Assembly (NCBI GenBank): GCA_045645265.1
Contig: JAZRIM010000006.1
Location: 2,000-65,999, forward strand
Source of the DNA: Candidatus Onthomorpha sp.
GTDB lineage: Bacteria > Bacteroidota > Bacteroidia > Bacteroidales > P3
Direction of reading: 5' to 3'
Length of the DNA: 64,000 bases
The notes beneath the pieces were generated by a model, which was given only the letters and a program-made list of their open reading frames with translations, had not been told where the DNA came from and made no database searches. Below, one piece after another: positions 19,222 to 28,168 of the stretch. Made by a program: the position numbers and the translations under genes. The first letter of the stretch is position 1; the number at the start of each line of letters is the position of its first letter.

Positions 19222-20229
19222 CTATTCTATGGTTTTCTTTAGAAGAGGAATTACCCTTATAAGTTTTGTTGTATATAGACTTAAAATAAAAATTACAATA
19301 GAAATTAACGGCAACGTAATTACATGATTGCACAAATCTCTTAACATCGGTATATTTATAACTAAAAGCCACAATCCATGAACAAGATATATTCCAAAAA
19401 GATCTTTTCGTACATATTCTATAAATGCAATTACTTTATTTTCAATTTTTGGAGTTATTTGTTTGATCAGCACAAATAATGCCAATGACATCGCAACAAC
19501 AGGGATTCCCAAATAATTCATAAATATTACATTACCAACACCTGTTATACATGACATTAACAACACTCCTCCAACACAAATACTAGCACCAACAATTCCT
19601 ATTCCATAGATCCATTTTAATTGTTTTCTAGTTATTGTATAATTACTTAAATAATATCCCAGTAAAAAATAACCTGAAAATCCTAAAATAGAATTAGTGT
19701 TGAAAATAATCCCTATTTGTGGGATCAAGTCAAATCTACAGAAACAACCTATTAGATATATAATCCACAATATAAGCGTTGAGTGCATTAAATTCCTATC
19801 ATTAGCAATTTTTCGCAGTATTGGTATCAATAAATACACACCTATTATCATTGGAATATACCAAAGATGAAAATGAGGAAAAAACAAACCAATACTTAAT
19901 TCTTGTCCAAGAATAATATATTCATACATAATGTAAACTATGTTCCAGAAAGCATAAGCTAATATTAGCCTTGGAATATATTTTTTGATTAAAATATTGT
20001 ACGATACTTCTTTTGTTGATTGTAAAAAAAGAGCACCACTAATCATTACAAATAATGGCACACACCACCTAACTAAACAATCTCCAATAGCAGATACGAA
20101 CCAATTGTAAGAGCCTACATTAGTAAAAAAACCAGTAGCAAATACATGAAGTGCAATTACCCCTAACGTAGCAACAACTCTAATTAAATCAAGGTAAACT
20201 AAACGTTTCTTTTTTTTTATAGTAGTCAT
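19222..20229 (-). CDS. Acyltransferase family 3 (OafA/Oac-like integral membrane O-acyltransferase), cassette A
   Basis: 335 aa, about 10 predicted TM helices. N-terminal R..YLDLIRV.A...V...H motif typical of AT3. Confidence 0.8.
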   Translation of the reverse strand: MTTIKKKKRLVYLDLIRVVATLGVIALHVFATGFFTNVGSYNWFVSAIGDCLVRWCVPLFVMISGALFLQSTKEVSYNILIKKYIPRLILAYAFWNIVYIMYEYIILGQELSIGLFFPHFHLWYIPMIIGVYLLIPILRKIANDRNLMHSTLILWIIYLIGCFCRFDLIPQIGIIFNTNSILGFSGYFLLGYYLSNYTITRKQLKWIYGIGIVGASICVGGVLLMSCITGVGNVIFMNYLGIPVVAMSLALFVLIKQITPKIENKVIAFIEYVRKDLFGIYLVHGLWLLVINIPMLRDLCNHVITLPLISIVIFILSLYTTKLIRVIPLLKKTIE

Positions 20230-20257
20230 AATTTTTCGTTAATAATTTTTCAAACCA

Positions 20258-20749
20258 CAAAGGTAAAACAAATTTTTAAAAGCACAAAAAACTTGCGAAT
20301 AAATTCTTAATTTTCCAAGTTCAAGAATCAGAGAAATAAACTTTATTTTACAGAAATTTCATTTTGGGATTTTTGCAAAAATTCTTGCGAAAAATTGACG
20401 AAAATTGGGGTAAATTTTTCGCAGATTTGGAGTTTTTTTACGAAAAGCTCGTTTAGAATTTTCTAAAGCAGGGATAGAAATTTCTAAATCAAGGATAGAA
20501 AAAATTAAATCAAGTTTTTTTTGAAAAAATCAAAGAAAAAATTGAAAAAAACAGCGAAAAATTTGGCAAAATCAAAGACTTTTTGGGCAAAAATCGGGCT
20601 TCAAAAAATTAAGTCATTGATTTTGTGATTTTTAGTCAAGGGCTTATTTTTAAAAAATTTGCAATAAGAAATCTTAAAGTTGAAAATATCGCAAGCATTT
20701 GGGCTTAACTCTTGGGGAAAGTTTTTTATTTTCTCTTTTCATTAAAGGC
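20258..20749 (-). repeat. ~490-bp intergenic repeat, copy A (A-tract block, 21-bp units, inverted repeat); includes the -7 box TACCTTTG at 20258-20265
   Basis: Aligns without large gaps to 45918-46410 at a constant offset of 25660. By eye roughly 90-95 percent identical over 20361-20749. 21-bp unit cores start at 20468, 20489, 20510, 20530, 20551 and 20572. Confidence 0.9.
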
Positions 20750-21335
20750 TAAGGGTTGTTGGAAAGCGTTTTTTCAATTTGCTATATAGCAGATAAATCA
20801 ACAAACCTAAGGCTACGCCTAACAATCCTCCGCAAACAACATCACCGGGGTAGTGAACGCCGCAATATATTCTTGAATAGGCTGTGAGAAACGCCCAAAG
20901 CAGAAGCAAAATCCAAGTCTTTGTTTTGCGAGAGAGTAATCCGAAAACAGTTGCTATGCAAAAGGCATTTGTAGAGTGAGAAGAAACAAAGCCATATAAG
21001 CCTCCCTTGCTTGTATATATAAGTTGAAAGTCTTTAAGTTTTACAAGAAAAACATCTTCCAAAGCATGTGAAGGACGAAGTCTTTCAAAAACGTCTTTGA
21101 ATCCAACGACCGACACTCTATCTCCTAAAAGAAAGCAAAGTCCTATTAGCAAAAGGACAATCCACCAATGTTTTTTGAAATTCTTGTAGGCAAAGCAAAC
21201 GAAAATGCTTGCTACCACAAGAGCAAAGAAAAGATGTGAAGAAATAACGGCAAAGAACCAATCAAAAAATTCGTTCCTTGCCGCATTTATCAAATAAAAC
21301 GCTTGTGTATCTAAGTCGTTTAGGTATTCTATCAT
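20742..21335 (-). CDS. PAP2-family phosphatase (undecaprenyl-diphosphate/lipid phosphatase type)
   Basis: [15 protein letters not shown] and [13 protein letters not shown] correspond to the three PAP2 motifs. 4-nt overlap with obg. Confidence 0.8.
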   Translation of the reverse strand: MIEYLNDLDTQAFYLINAARNEFFDWFFAVISSHLFFALVVASIFVCFAYKNFKKHWWIVLLLIGLCFLLGDRVSVVGFKDVFERLRPSHALEDVFLVKLKDFQLIYTSKGGLYGFVSSHSTNAFCIATVFGLLSRKTKTWILLLLWAFLTAYSRIYCGVHYPGDVVCGGLLGVALGLLIYLLYSKLKKRFPTTLSL

Positions 21336-22321
21336 TTATTTAAGACTCTCCAAAGTATGTCTTTGAGTTGTGGAATATTCTCTCCTGTTACCGAAGAAAT
21401 GAAAATACTTTCTATGTTTTGAGGAAGTAGTTTTTTCATCTCATTTTTCATTTGTTCATCAAGCATATCACACTTTGTAATTGCCAATATTCTTTCTTTA
21501 TCGAGGAGTTCAGGATTGTAACGTTCGAGTTCTGAAAGCAAGATGTTGTATTCTTTCTTTATATCATCGCAATCGCAAGGTATCATAAACAAAAGTGCTG
21601 CATTTCTTTCAATATGACGCAAGAATCTATGTCCTAAACCTTTTCCTTCTGAGGCTCCTTCAATTATTCCTGGAATATCTGCCATTACAAAACTCTTATC
21701 ATCACGATAAGACACCATTCCAAGATTTGGAACCAATGTTGTGAAAGGATAATCTGCTATTTCGGGTTTTGCCGCCGAAACAACGCTTAACAAAGTGCTT
21801 TTACCTGCATTAGGAAATCCTACTAATCCTACGTCTGCAAGTATCTTTAATTCTATTATCTTCCAGACTTCAAGTCCGTCTTCGCCAGGTTGTGCATAGC
21901 GAGGCGTACGATTTGTAGGCGATTTAAAATGATCGTTTCCTAATCCGCCTCTTCCGCCTTTTGCAATTATGACTTGTTGGCCGTCTTCAACGATTTCGCA
22001 CTCGATTTCTTTGGTTTCAAAGTCTTTGCAAACAGTTCCCAACGGCACATCGACAATTACATCTTTTCCATTCTTACCATGAAGACGATTTTCGCCACCA
22101 TTTCCTCCTGCTTCTGCAATTAGGTGTTTGGTATATTTAAGGTGAAGAAGAGTCCAATACTGTTTGTTTCCTCTTAGTATGATATGTCCACCTCTTCCGC
22201 CATCTCCTCCATCGGGACCGCCCTTTGCATCGCCCTTTGTCCTAAGAAGGTGTGCCGAACCTGCACCTCCTTTTCCCGAACGACAGCATACCTTTACGTA
22301 ATCTACAAAATTCGATGCCAC
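21332..22321 (-). CDS. obg: GTPase Obg/CgtA
   Basis: N-terminal glycine-rich Obg fold ([16 protein letters not shown]). G domain with [13 protein letters not shown] and TKCD. Confidence 0.95.
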   Translation of the reverse strand: MASNFVDYVKVCCRSGKGGAGSAHLLRTKGDAKGGPDGGDGGRGGHIILRGNKQYWTLLHLKYTKHLIAEAGGNGGENRLHGKNGKDVIVDVPLGTVCKDFETKEIECEIVEDGQQVIIAKGGRGGLGNDHFKSPTNRTPRYAQPGEDGLEVWKIIELKILADVGLVGFPNAGKSTLLSVVSAAKPEIADYPFTTLVPNLGMVSYRDDKSFVMADIPGIIEGASEGKGLGHRFLRHIERNAALLFMIPCDCDDIKKEYNILLSELERYNPELLDKERILAITKCDMLDEQMKNEMKKLLPQNIESIFISSVTGENIPQLKDILWRVLNK

Positions 22322-22325
22322 TTCT

Positions 22326-23486
22326 TTAAGATTTTAATGCTTTATCAACAGTGTCGCAAACGTTTTCAAATACTACTTCAACATCTTCATCTCCGTTTAC
22401 GCTGTAATATTTATTTTTGTTTGTATAATACTCTCTTACTTTATTAGCACAGTTTTCGTATGTTTCTAATCTGTGAATTATTGTATCTGTGTCTAAGTCA
22501 TAGATGCGTTTATCATCGGTTTTACTTCTTGTAACTAAACGTTTAACGCATTGAATAGGGTTTGATTTTATTTCTACAACGCATGTAACCGATGAATGTA
22601 TTCTATCTAAGATTCCATCTAAGATATAAGCTTGTACGTATGTAGAAGGGAAGCCTTTAAATACGAATCCTTTTGCGTTTGGATTGTCTTTTATTTTCTT
22701 TTCAATCAATCGAATTGCTACCTCATCAGGAACATTATCTCCTTGTTCAATATATGGCAAACAAATCTTACCTAATTCGGTGTTTTGTTTGATTTCTTCT
22801 CTTATCATTGCACCTGTTGAGATGTAAACCAAAGAATATTTTGCTGCAATGCGTTTTGCTTGTGTTCCTCTGCCCGATCCTGGCATTCCATAAAGAACAA
22901 TATTTCTGTAAGCAGTCTCTAAGGTTTCTTCTATCTTGTTTGTAAGACGTGAAAAGACTTCTTCCATTGTTCCAACGCCGTTTATTGGATAGTAAATGCC
23001 TTTTTCTTTGTAGAAATCAGCAACAGGTTGAGTTTTTTCATCATATTCTTTAAAGCGGTTTTTGATTACCTCTTCGTTATCGTCTGCTCTGCCCTCGATT
23101 GCTGCACGTTTAAGCATTCTTTCTATCAATTCTTCTCTTGGGACTTCCAAACTAAGCATACAAAGAAGTCTTCTATTCATTCTATGAAGCAATCCTTCCA
23201 AAATATAGGCTTGAACAACTGTACGAGGAAAGCCATCGAAAAGTATTCCGCCATGATCTTCTTTCTCAATGATTTTTTCGATGATTTGAACTATTAACTC
23301 ATCACTTACCAATCCTCCTTTGTTGATAATATCCTTTGCTTGCAATCCTAATTCACTTCCTGCTGCAATTTCTTTTCTTAGAATATCTCCCGTAGAGATA
23401 TAAGTAAGGTCATATTTCTTTACTAATTCTTTTGATTGAGTTCCTTTTCCTGCACCAGGAGCCCCAAATAATGCTATATTTAACAT
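22326..23486 (-). CDS. adk: Adenylate kinase fused to a second, degenerate adenylate-kinase-like domain
   Basis: Domain 1 (aa 1-190) has [16 protein letters not shown] and GRADDNEE. Domain 2 (aa 193-386) has [16 protein letters not shown] and SKTDDKR. Confidence 0.85.
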   Translation of the reverse strand: MLNIALFGAPGAGKGTQSKELVKKYDLTYISTGDILRKEIAAGSELGLQAKDIINKGGLVSDELIVQIIEKIIEKEDHGGILFDGFPRTVVQAYILEGLLHRMNRRLLCMLSLEVPREELIERMLKRAAIEGRADDNEEVIKNRFKEYDEKTQPVADFYKEKGIYYPINGVGTMEEVFSRLTNKIEETLETAYRNIVLYGMPGSGRGTQAKRIAAKYSLVYISTGAMIREEIKQNTELGKICLPYIEQGDNVPDEVAIRLIEKKIKDNPNAKGFVFKGFPSTYVQAYILDGILDRIHSSVTCVVEIKSNPIQCVKRLVTRSKTDDKRIYDLDTDTIIHRLETYENCANKVREYYTNKNKYYSVNGDEDVEVVFENVCDTVDKALKS

Positions 23487-23489
23487 AAT

Positions 23490-24032
23490 CTATAATTTTT
23501 TTCTTTGATAAACCCCAGCAAGATTTCGTCCTTTGTCGTTAAAGTCTAATCCGTAGCCAACAATAAAGTCGTTATCAATTGCTGTTCCAATATATTTTAT
23601 ATTATAATTCTCTTTAAAATTACCAGGTTTAAAAAACAATGTGCAAACTTCAAGACTTGAAACCTTTTCTTGTTGTAAGTATTCAAGAAGTTTTTGCATT
23701 GTTAGTCCCGAATCAACAATATCTTCTATTATTACCACGTCTTTCCCCTCTAAAACCTTGGAAGGCAGTCCAGAAATTTGAACTTGATTTGTGCTTTGCA
23801 TTCCTTGATAAGAGGAGACTTTGATAAAATATGTCTCACAAGGGAAAGAAAATTGACGAAGCAAGTCTGAAGCAAAAACAAATGCACCATTTAAGACTAT
23901 TACAAAGACAAGATTTTTGTCTTTGTAGTCTTTCTTGATTTGTTTTGCACAACTCTCCACTATTTCTTTTAGTTGGCTTGAATCAATTATCTTTTCAAAA
24001 ACTATATTCTCTATTTCCACTTGATTTAACAT
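23490..24032 (-). CDS. hpt: Hypoxanthine phosphoribosyltransferase
   Basis: 180 aa. PRPP-binding motif VVIIEDIVDSGLT. Confidence 0.9.
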   Translation of the reverse strand: MLNQVEIENIVFEKIIDSSQLKEIVESCAKQIKKDYKDKNLVFVIVLNGAFVFASDLLRQFSFPCETYFIKVSSYQGMQSTNQVQISGLPSKVLEGKDVVIIEDIVDSGLTMQKLLEYLQQEKVSSLEVCTLFFKPGNFKENYNIKYIGTAIDNDFIVGYGLDFNDKGRNLAGVYQRKKL

Positions 24033-24066
24033 AGGTGCAAAGGTAAAACTTTTTTGTATAAAAACG

Positions 24067-26445
24067 CTACCATTCTATAATAAAATCACTATCTTCAAAT
24101 TGCTTTTCTTCTTCTTTGGTTTGCTTTTCTTCTTCCCACTCAATAATAAACTCTCCCTTTTCTTGCTTTTCCCATTCTTGCTTATCCTTTTTTGCCTCTT
24201 CAAGATTAAGTTTAAAATCTCTATCAATAGATTTTATAATTTCACTTTTGTCTTGATTAACTTTTTCTTTTACCTTTTTCATATCGCTTTGCAGGTTGAA
24301 TTTAAACTTAGGATCGTTAATGAATCCTTCAACTTTGACAAATACTTTTGTGTTTCGCAAAAGGTTTATAGCAAATTGATAGTCTATTTTGTTGTTCAAA
24401 TCGTGTTTTCCAAAACATTCAAAATCCACTACATTGGTTTTAACCTTTATTGGCTCAAAATTCAAAGTAGAATTATTGAGTTGTAATGAGGATTTAAGGT
24501 TTTCAAACTTCACGTCTTTTAATGCCTCTTCTTCTACAAAGAGTGAGAGTTTTTTCATCAAAGAAAAATCTTTTAATCTACCTTTTGTAATGTTGTAGTT
24601 AATATTAAAGGAAGATTTATCGCTCAAAAAGTTAAAGTTCTTATCAAAATAAAGATTTAAAGTTCCGTTTGCTGATAGGTTTCCTTCTAAATTCTTATCG
24701 GTTATTACGTTTTGAGAAAAGTTTTTCAAGGTTTTGAAAGTTTGTTTTATGTTTAGGTTTTTTACTTGACAACTTGCATTCAATACATTTTCTTTTTCTC
24801 CAAAAATAAGTTTGCAATCTTTTGTGCTAACTTGCCCTTCAAAAATATCAAACTTCAAATCGTTGGTTGAAATTATATTATTGGAATACTTAACTTTTCC
24901 TTTGATGTTTTGAAGCACTAAATCGTTAAACTTATAGCGACTTAAATCAATGTTGGCTTTTATTTCTTTATTTTCAATTTGTGCATCAGCTTTTAATTTC
25001 TCCGAGTTAAACAAGGCAGTGAGGTTTTCTAATAATATTTTATTTGCATCAAATGTTATATCACAAGACAAATTATCAATAACCACAGAAGGTAAACGCA
25101 AATCCTTAAAGCCTGCGTTACGAATCTTTGCTTTACCTGAATAAGTCAAAGAATTAAAATCACGAATCAGTCCTTTGACTTTCAAATCGGCTGAAATATT
25201 TCCTTTAAGCACTTGAAGGCTGTCTTGTTTCAAAAAAGGCTTAATATCTTCAAGTCTTAGTTGTGTTTTAATTTCTGCATCAATTTTAATATCCGAAAAA
25301 TCGCTAACCAAAAACTTACCTTCAAAAAATCCATTGTTTAGTTTGAGAGAAAATGTTTCTATTTTAAGTTCTGAGGTCTTTGAGTTTCTTTTTTCTCCGT
25401 TTGAATAGCTACCTTTTAAGTTTATGTTTTGACAACTAACATTAAGTTTTTTATTTTTCAATCCACCTTTTTCTATATTAAAATCTGCGGTAATTTGTGG
25501 CAAAGTTTCTTTTGAAACCTCTCCTTTTAAGGTTATTGAGAAATTAACTAAGCCCTCGCTTTGAAAACCTTTTAATATTTCTTGACTATTCAAACCAACA
25601 ATTGAGACAATCTCTTTTAAATCTATTTTTTTGCCAACTAAGTTAATATCAATTATTGATTTATTGTTATAGGAATAGGCTCCTGCTACATCAAAAAGCA
25701 TTTCTCCTAAGTAAACCTCTGCTTTTTTGATGCTAAGCAGGCTTTTATCCGTATTGTTGTAGGCTTCAATTTCGCAAGTAAGTTTTTGAGGGTTTGTAAT
25801 TTTTAATTCGTCAAACACAAGCGTTTCAAGAATTAAATCACTCGTTAATTCCAAGTCTTGAACCCTTGCAGAAAAATCTCCTTTTGCAGCAATTTCTTCG
25901 GCTTTTGCCTTTAAAAACAAGCGAGAGATATCATTGCGAAAACTAAACTCTATATCCTTAAACTCAACCGAATTAAGAGCAAAAGAAAAGTCTGATTCTC
26001 TATCTTTTTTCGTGCTTTGCTTCCAAAAAATATAATTGCTTTCTCCCTGAGAGTTTACTCTGAGAGAGATTTGCCCTTGTTCAACAAAAATTTTCTTTGC
26101 CGTGTAGTGTCCCGACAATATATCCAAAAGATTAAACTTTACCCCTAATTCTTTAACTTCTACAAATTTATCTTTTTTCAAAGAGTCTAAAACATCATTT
26201 ATCACAACATCAGAAAAAACCACTGAGACCATAGGAAAAGACGAAAGAAACTCCACTTCAATCTCCTTTACCATAACCTCTGTTAGTAAAGATTTGTTGA
26301 TTTCCTTTATTGCAACTTGTTTAATCTTTTCTTCATTTGCCCAAACAAAAATAAAGGCTGATAGAAAACACAAAACGAACAAAAGTATTATTAGTAATAA
26401 TATCCTTTTTGCTCGTTTTGTTAGTTTGAAATGAGGTATTCTCAT
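24067..26445 (-). CDS. AsmA-family large envelope protein
   Basis: N-terminal TM anchor followed by about 750 aa of repetitive beta-rich sequence. Acidic/lysine-rich C-terminus ending in two (E/D)FIIEW motifs. The family call rests on architecture only. Confidence 0.5.
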   Translation of the reverse strand: MRIPHFKLTKRAKRILLLIILLFVLCFLSAFIFVWANEEKIKQVAIKEINKSLLTEVMVKEIEVEFLSSFPMVSVVFSDVVINDVLDSLKKDKFVEVKELGVKFNLLDILSGHYTAKKIFVEQGQISLRVNSQGESNYIFWKQSTKKDRESDFSFALNSVEFKDIEFSFRNDISRLFLKAKAEEIAAKGDFSARVQDLELTSDLILETLVFDELKITNPQKLTCEIEAYNNTDKSLLSIKKAEVYLGEMLFDVAGAYSYNNKSIIDINLVGKKIDLKEIVSIVGLNSQEILKGFQSEGLVNFSITLKGEVSKETLPQITADFNIEKGGLKNKKLNVSCQNINLKGSYSNGEKRNSKTSELKIETFSLKLNNGFFEGKFLVSDFSDIKIDAEIKTQLRLEDIKPFLKQDSLQVLKGNISADLKVKGLIRDFNSLTYSGKAKIRNAGFKDLRLPSVVIDNLSCDITFDANKILLENLTALFNSEKLKADAQIENKEIKANIDLSRYKFNDLVLQNIKGKVKYSNNIISTNDLKFDIFEGQVSTKDCKLIFGEKENVLNASCQVKNLNIKQTFKTLKNFSQNVITDKNLEGNLSANGTLNLYFDKNFNFLSDKSSFNINYNITKGRLKDFSLMKKLSLFVEEEALKDVKFENLKSSLQLNNSTLNFEPIKVKTNVVDFECFGKHDLNNKIDYQFAINLLRNTKVFVKVEGFINDPKFKFNLQSDMKKVKEKVNQDKSEIIKSIDRDFKLNLEEAKKDKQEWEKQEKGEFIIEWEEEKQTKEEEKQFEDSDFIIEW

Positions 26446-27531
26446 CTATAACATCTTTAAGAAATTGATTTCTTTTTCAGTTAAAAATCTACATCTTCCT
26501 CTTGGCAAATCTTTCTTTGTCAATCCTGCAAAACTTACTCTATCCAATTTCTCAACATAGTAACCCATAGCCTCAAACATACGTCTTACGATTCTATTCT
26601 TACCACTATGAAGTTCTACTCCTACAACTTTTTTGTCGTTGTAATATTCTACAAATTGAATATCGTCAAATCTTGCAAAGCCGTCTTCCAATTCTATTCC
26701 GTCAAGCAAAGATTGCATATCGTTTTTTGTAAGAGGCTTGTTCAATTCTACGTGATAGATTTTTCTTGCACCAAAAGAAGGGTGTGTAAGCTTCTTTGTC
26801 ATATCTCCATCGTTAGTAAAAAGCAACAAACCTGTTGTATTTCTATCTAAACGGCCGACAGGATAAATTCTTTCTGTGCAAGCCTTTTCTACAAGACTCA
26901 TTACAGTTTTTCTTTCTTGCGGATCGTCAAGCGTAGTTATGAATCCTTTTGGTTTATTAAGCAAAAGATAGACTTTTTTCTCATGTGAGAGTCTTTCTCC
27001 GTCATAACAAACAACATCAGAGGTAGAAACTTTAACTCCCATTTGAGTTACTACCTTTCCATTCACCGTTACAGCTCCCGAAGCAATCAAAACATCTGCC
27101 TCTCTTCTTGAACAAACACCAGAATTTGCAATAAACCTATTTAAACGTATGTCTTTATCAAGAGTTTTTATAGGCTTTTCACTATATGTATTTCTTTCAC
27201 GCTCAAATCTCTTTGGCTCTCTATCGAAAGTCTTTTCCTTGCGAGAAAATCTCTCTCTCTTGTCTGAAAATCTTTCTTTCTTATCGGAAAAACGTTCTCT
27301 CTTATCTGAAAATTTCTCCTTTTTGTCAGAGAAGCGTTCTGCTTTTTCAAACGATTGTATTCTCTTTCTCTTAAACTCTCTTGGAGCTTGCTCGCTATCT
27401 CTTTCAAATTTTTTTGAAAAAGGCTTTCTCTCTTCTCTTTTCTCTTTGTTAAAGCCCCCCTTTTGAGGTCTTTTCCAATCTCTATTTTCGTTTCTTCTTT
27501 CCATTTCTATAACTTTTACCGATATTCCCAT
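26446..27531 (-). CDS. rluB: 23S rRNA pseudouridine synthase, RluB/RsuA family, with a basic repeat extension
   Basis: S4 domain (IRLNRFIANSGVCSRREADVLI) and the catalytic motif PVGRLDRNTTGLLL. The start is uncertain: ATG 27531 or ATG 27504. The track's TTG 27612 lies upstream of the -7 box. Confidence 0.85.
   Translation of the reverse strand: MGISVKVIEMERRNENRDWKRPQKGGFNKEKREERKPFSKKFERDSEQAPREFKRKRIQSFEKAERFSDKKEKFSDKRERFSDKKERFSDKRERFSRKEKTFDREPKRFERERNTYSEKPIKTLDKDIRLNRFIANSGVCSRREADVLIASGAVTVNGKVVTQMGVKVSTSDVVCYDGERLSHEKKVYLLLNKPKGFITTLDDPQERKTVMSLVEKACTERIYPVGRLDRNTTGLLLFTNDGDMTKKLTHPSFGARKIYHVELNKPLTKNDMQSLLDGIELEDGFARFDDIQFVEYYNDKKVVGVELHSGKNRIVRRMFEAMGYYVEKLDRVSFAGLTKKDLPRGRCRFLTEKEINFLKML
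27184..27351 (-). repeat. Eight 21-bp coding repeats (basic heptads, F every 7th residue)
   Basis: AERFSDK KEKFSDK RERFSDK KERFSDK RERFSRK EKTFDRE PKRFERE RNTYSEK. Confidence 0.85.
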
Positions 27532-27552
27532 CGGGATAATTTTTGCAAACTG

Positions 27553-27560
27553 CAAAGATA
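27553..27560 (-). promoter_or_regulatory. -7 box TATCTTTG for the rluB operon
   Basis: Plus-strand CAAAGATA, 21 nt upstream of ATG 27531. Confidence 0.55.
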
Positions 27561-27677
27561 CAACAAAGAAATAAAAAGAGAAGAAAAAAACTAAAAGAAA
27601 AACAAAAAACAAAACGTTTTTACAGCATCGTTAAAATTTCAGTTCACAAGTGTAAAACGAAGTTTTAAGGTAAATAA

Positions 27678-28025
27678 CGTTTATTTTACGGAAATTTCAT
27701 TTTGAGAAAATTTCGAGTTCCTTGACCAAAATTGAGCGAAATCAAGTAACAAAATCGCTAAATTTGAACTTTCTTTCTTGAAAAGCTGATTTAATTTTAA
27801 AAAGTCAGCGTTTTTTTGAAATAAAACAAAGAAATAATTTCTTAAAATCAAGAATTATTTTTCTCAAATCAAGAAATAATCACACTAAAACAAAGAAAAA
27901 ATTAGCGTTTTTCTGACTTCAAAAAAGTTAAATTATTGATTTACTGCTTTTTAGTTAAGGGATTATATTTTCAATATTTGCAATCGGAAAATTTAGGCTT
28001 GAAAATATCACACGCATTCGGCGTT
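27678..28025 (-). repeat. Diverged third copy of the ~490-bp repeat family
   Basis: Shares these blocks with copies A and B in the same order: TTTATTTTACGGAAATTTCATTTTG, GAAAAGCT, four 21/22-bp units (cores at 27826, 27848, 27869, 27890), TTCAAAAAAGTTAA, and TTTAGTTAAGGG.TTAT...ATTTGCAATCGGAAA...TTGAAAATATC. Confidence 0.75.
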
Positions 28026-28125
28026 AAATTTATAGAAATTTTGTTTACATCCGAAAATTCGTGGCGATTCTGTTTTATATAAGTTAATAAAATAGAAAGA
28101 CTCTTTTGTTTGAGAATTTTTTTTG

Positions 28126-28133
28126 TAACTTTG
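28126..28133 (+). promoter_or_regulatory. -7 box TAACTTTG
   Basis: 35 nt upstream of ATG 28169. Confidence 0.55.
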
Positions 28134-28168
28134 CAATGTTTTTAACTTTAGCATCTCTATAAATTATT

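Noticed and set aside
20468-20592. An iteron-type plasmid or chromosomal replication origin, suggested by six 21-bp direct repeats next to an A-tract-rich block.
   Set aside because: There are three copies within 26 kb of an ordinary chromosomal region. No rep, dnaA, par or mobilisation gene is nearby and I saw no DnaA-box-like 9-mers. A regulatory or architectural role fits better.
20674-20742. A 22-codon sORF ([22 protein letters not shown]) at the distal end of the 490-bp repeat. It overlaps the PAP2 stop as TAATG and is conserved in copy B (46342-46410).
   Set aside because: The diverged copy at 27678-28025 has an immediate stop (ATGTAA) at the equivalent place, so conservation between A and B simply reflects overall DNA identity. 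There is no independent coding signal.
27149-27466. ORFs on both strands inside the rluB repeat region (27149-27466 plus, 27168-27407 minus, 27186-27374 plus).
   Set aside because: They are artefacts of the 21-bp repeat keeping all frames open. The rluB frame is the only one continuing into conserved domains.
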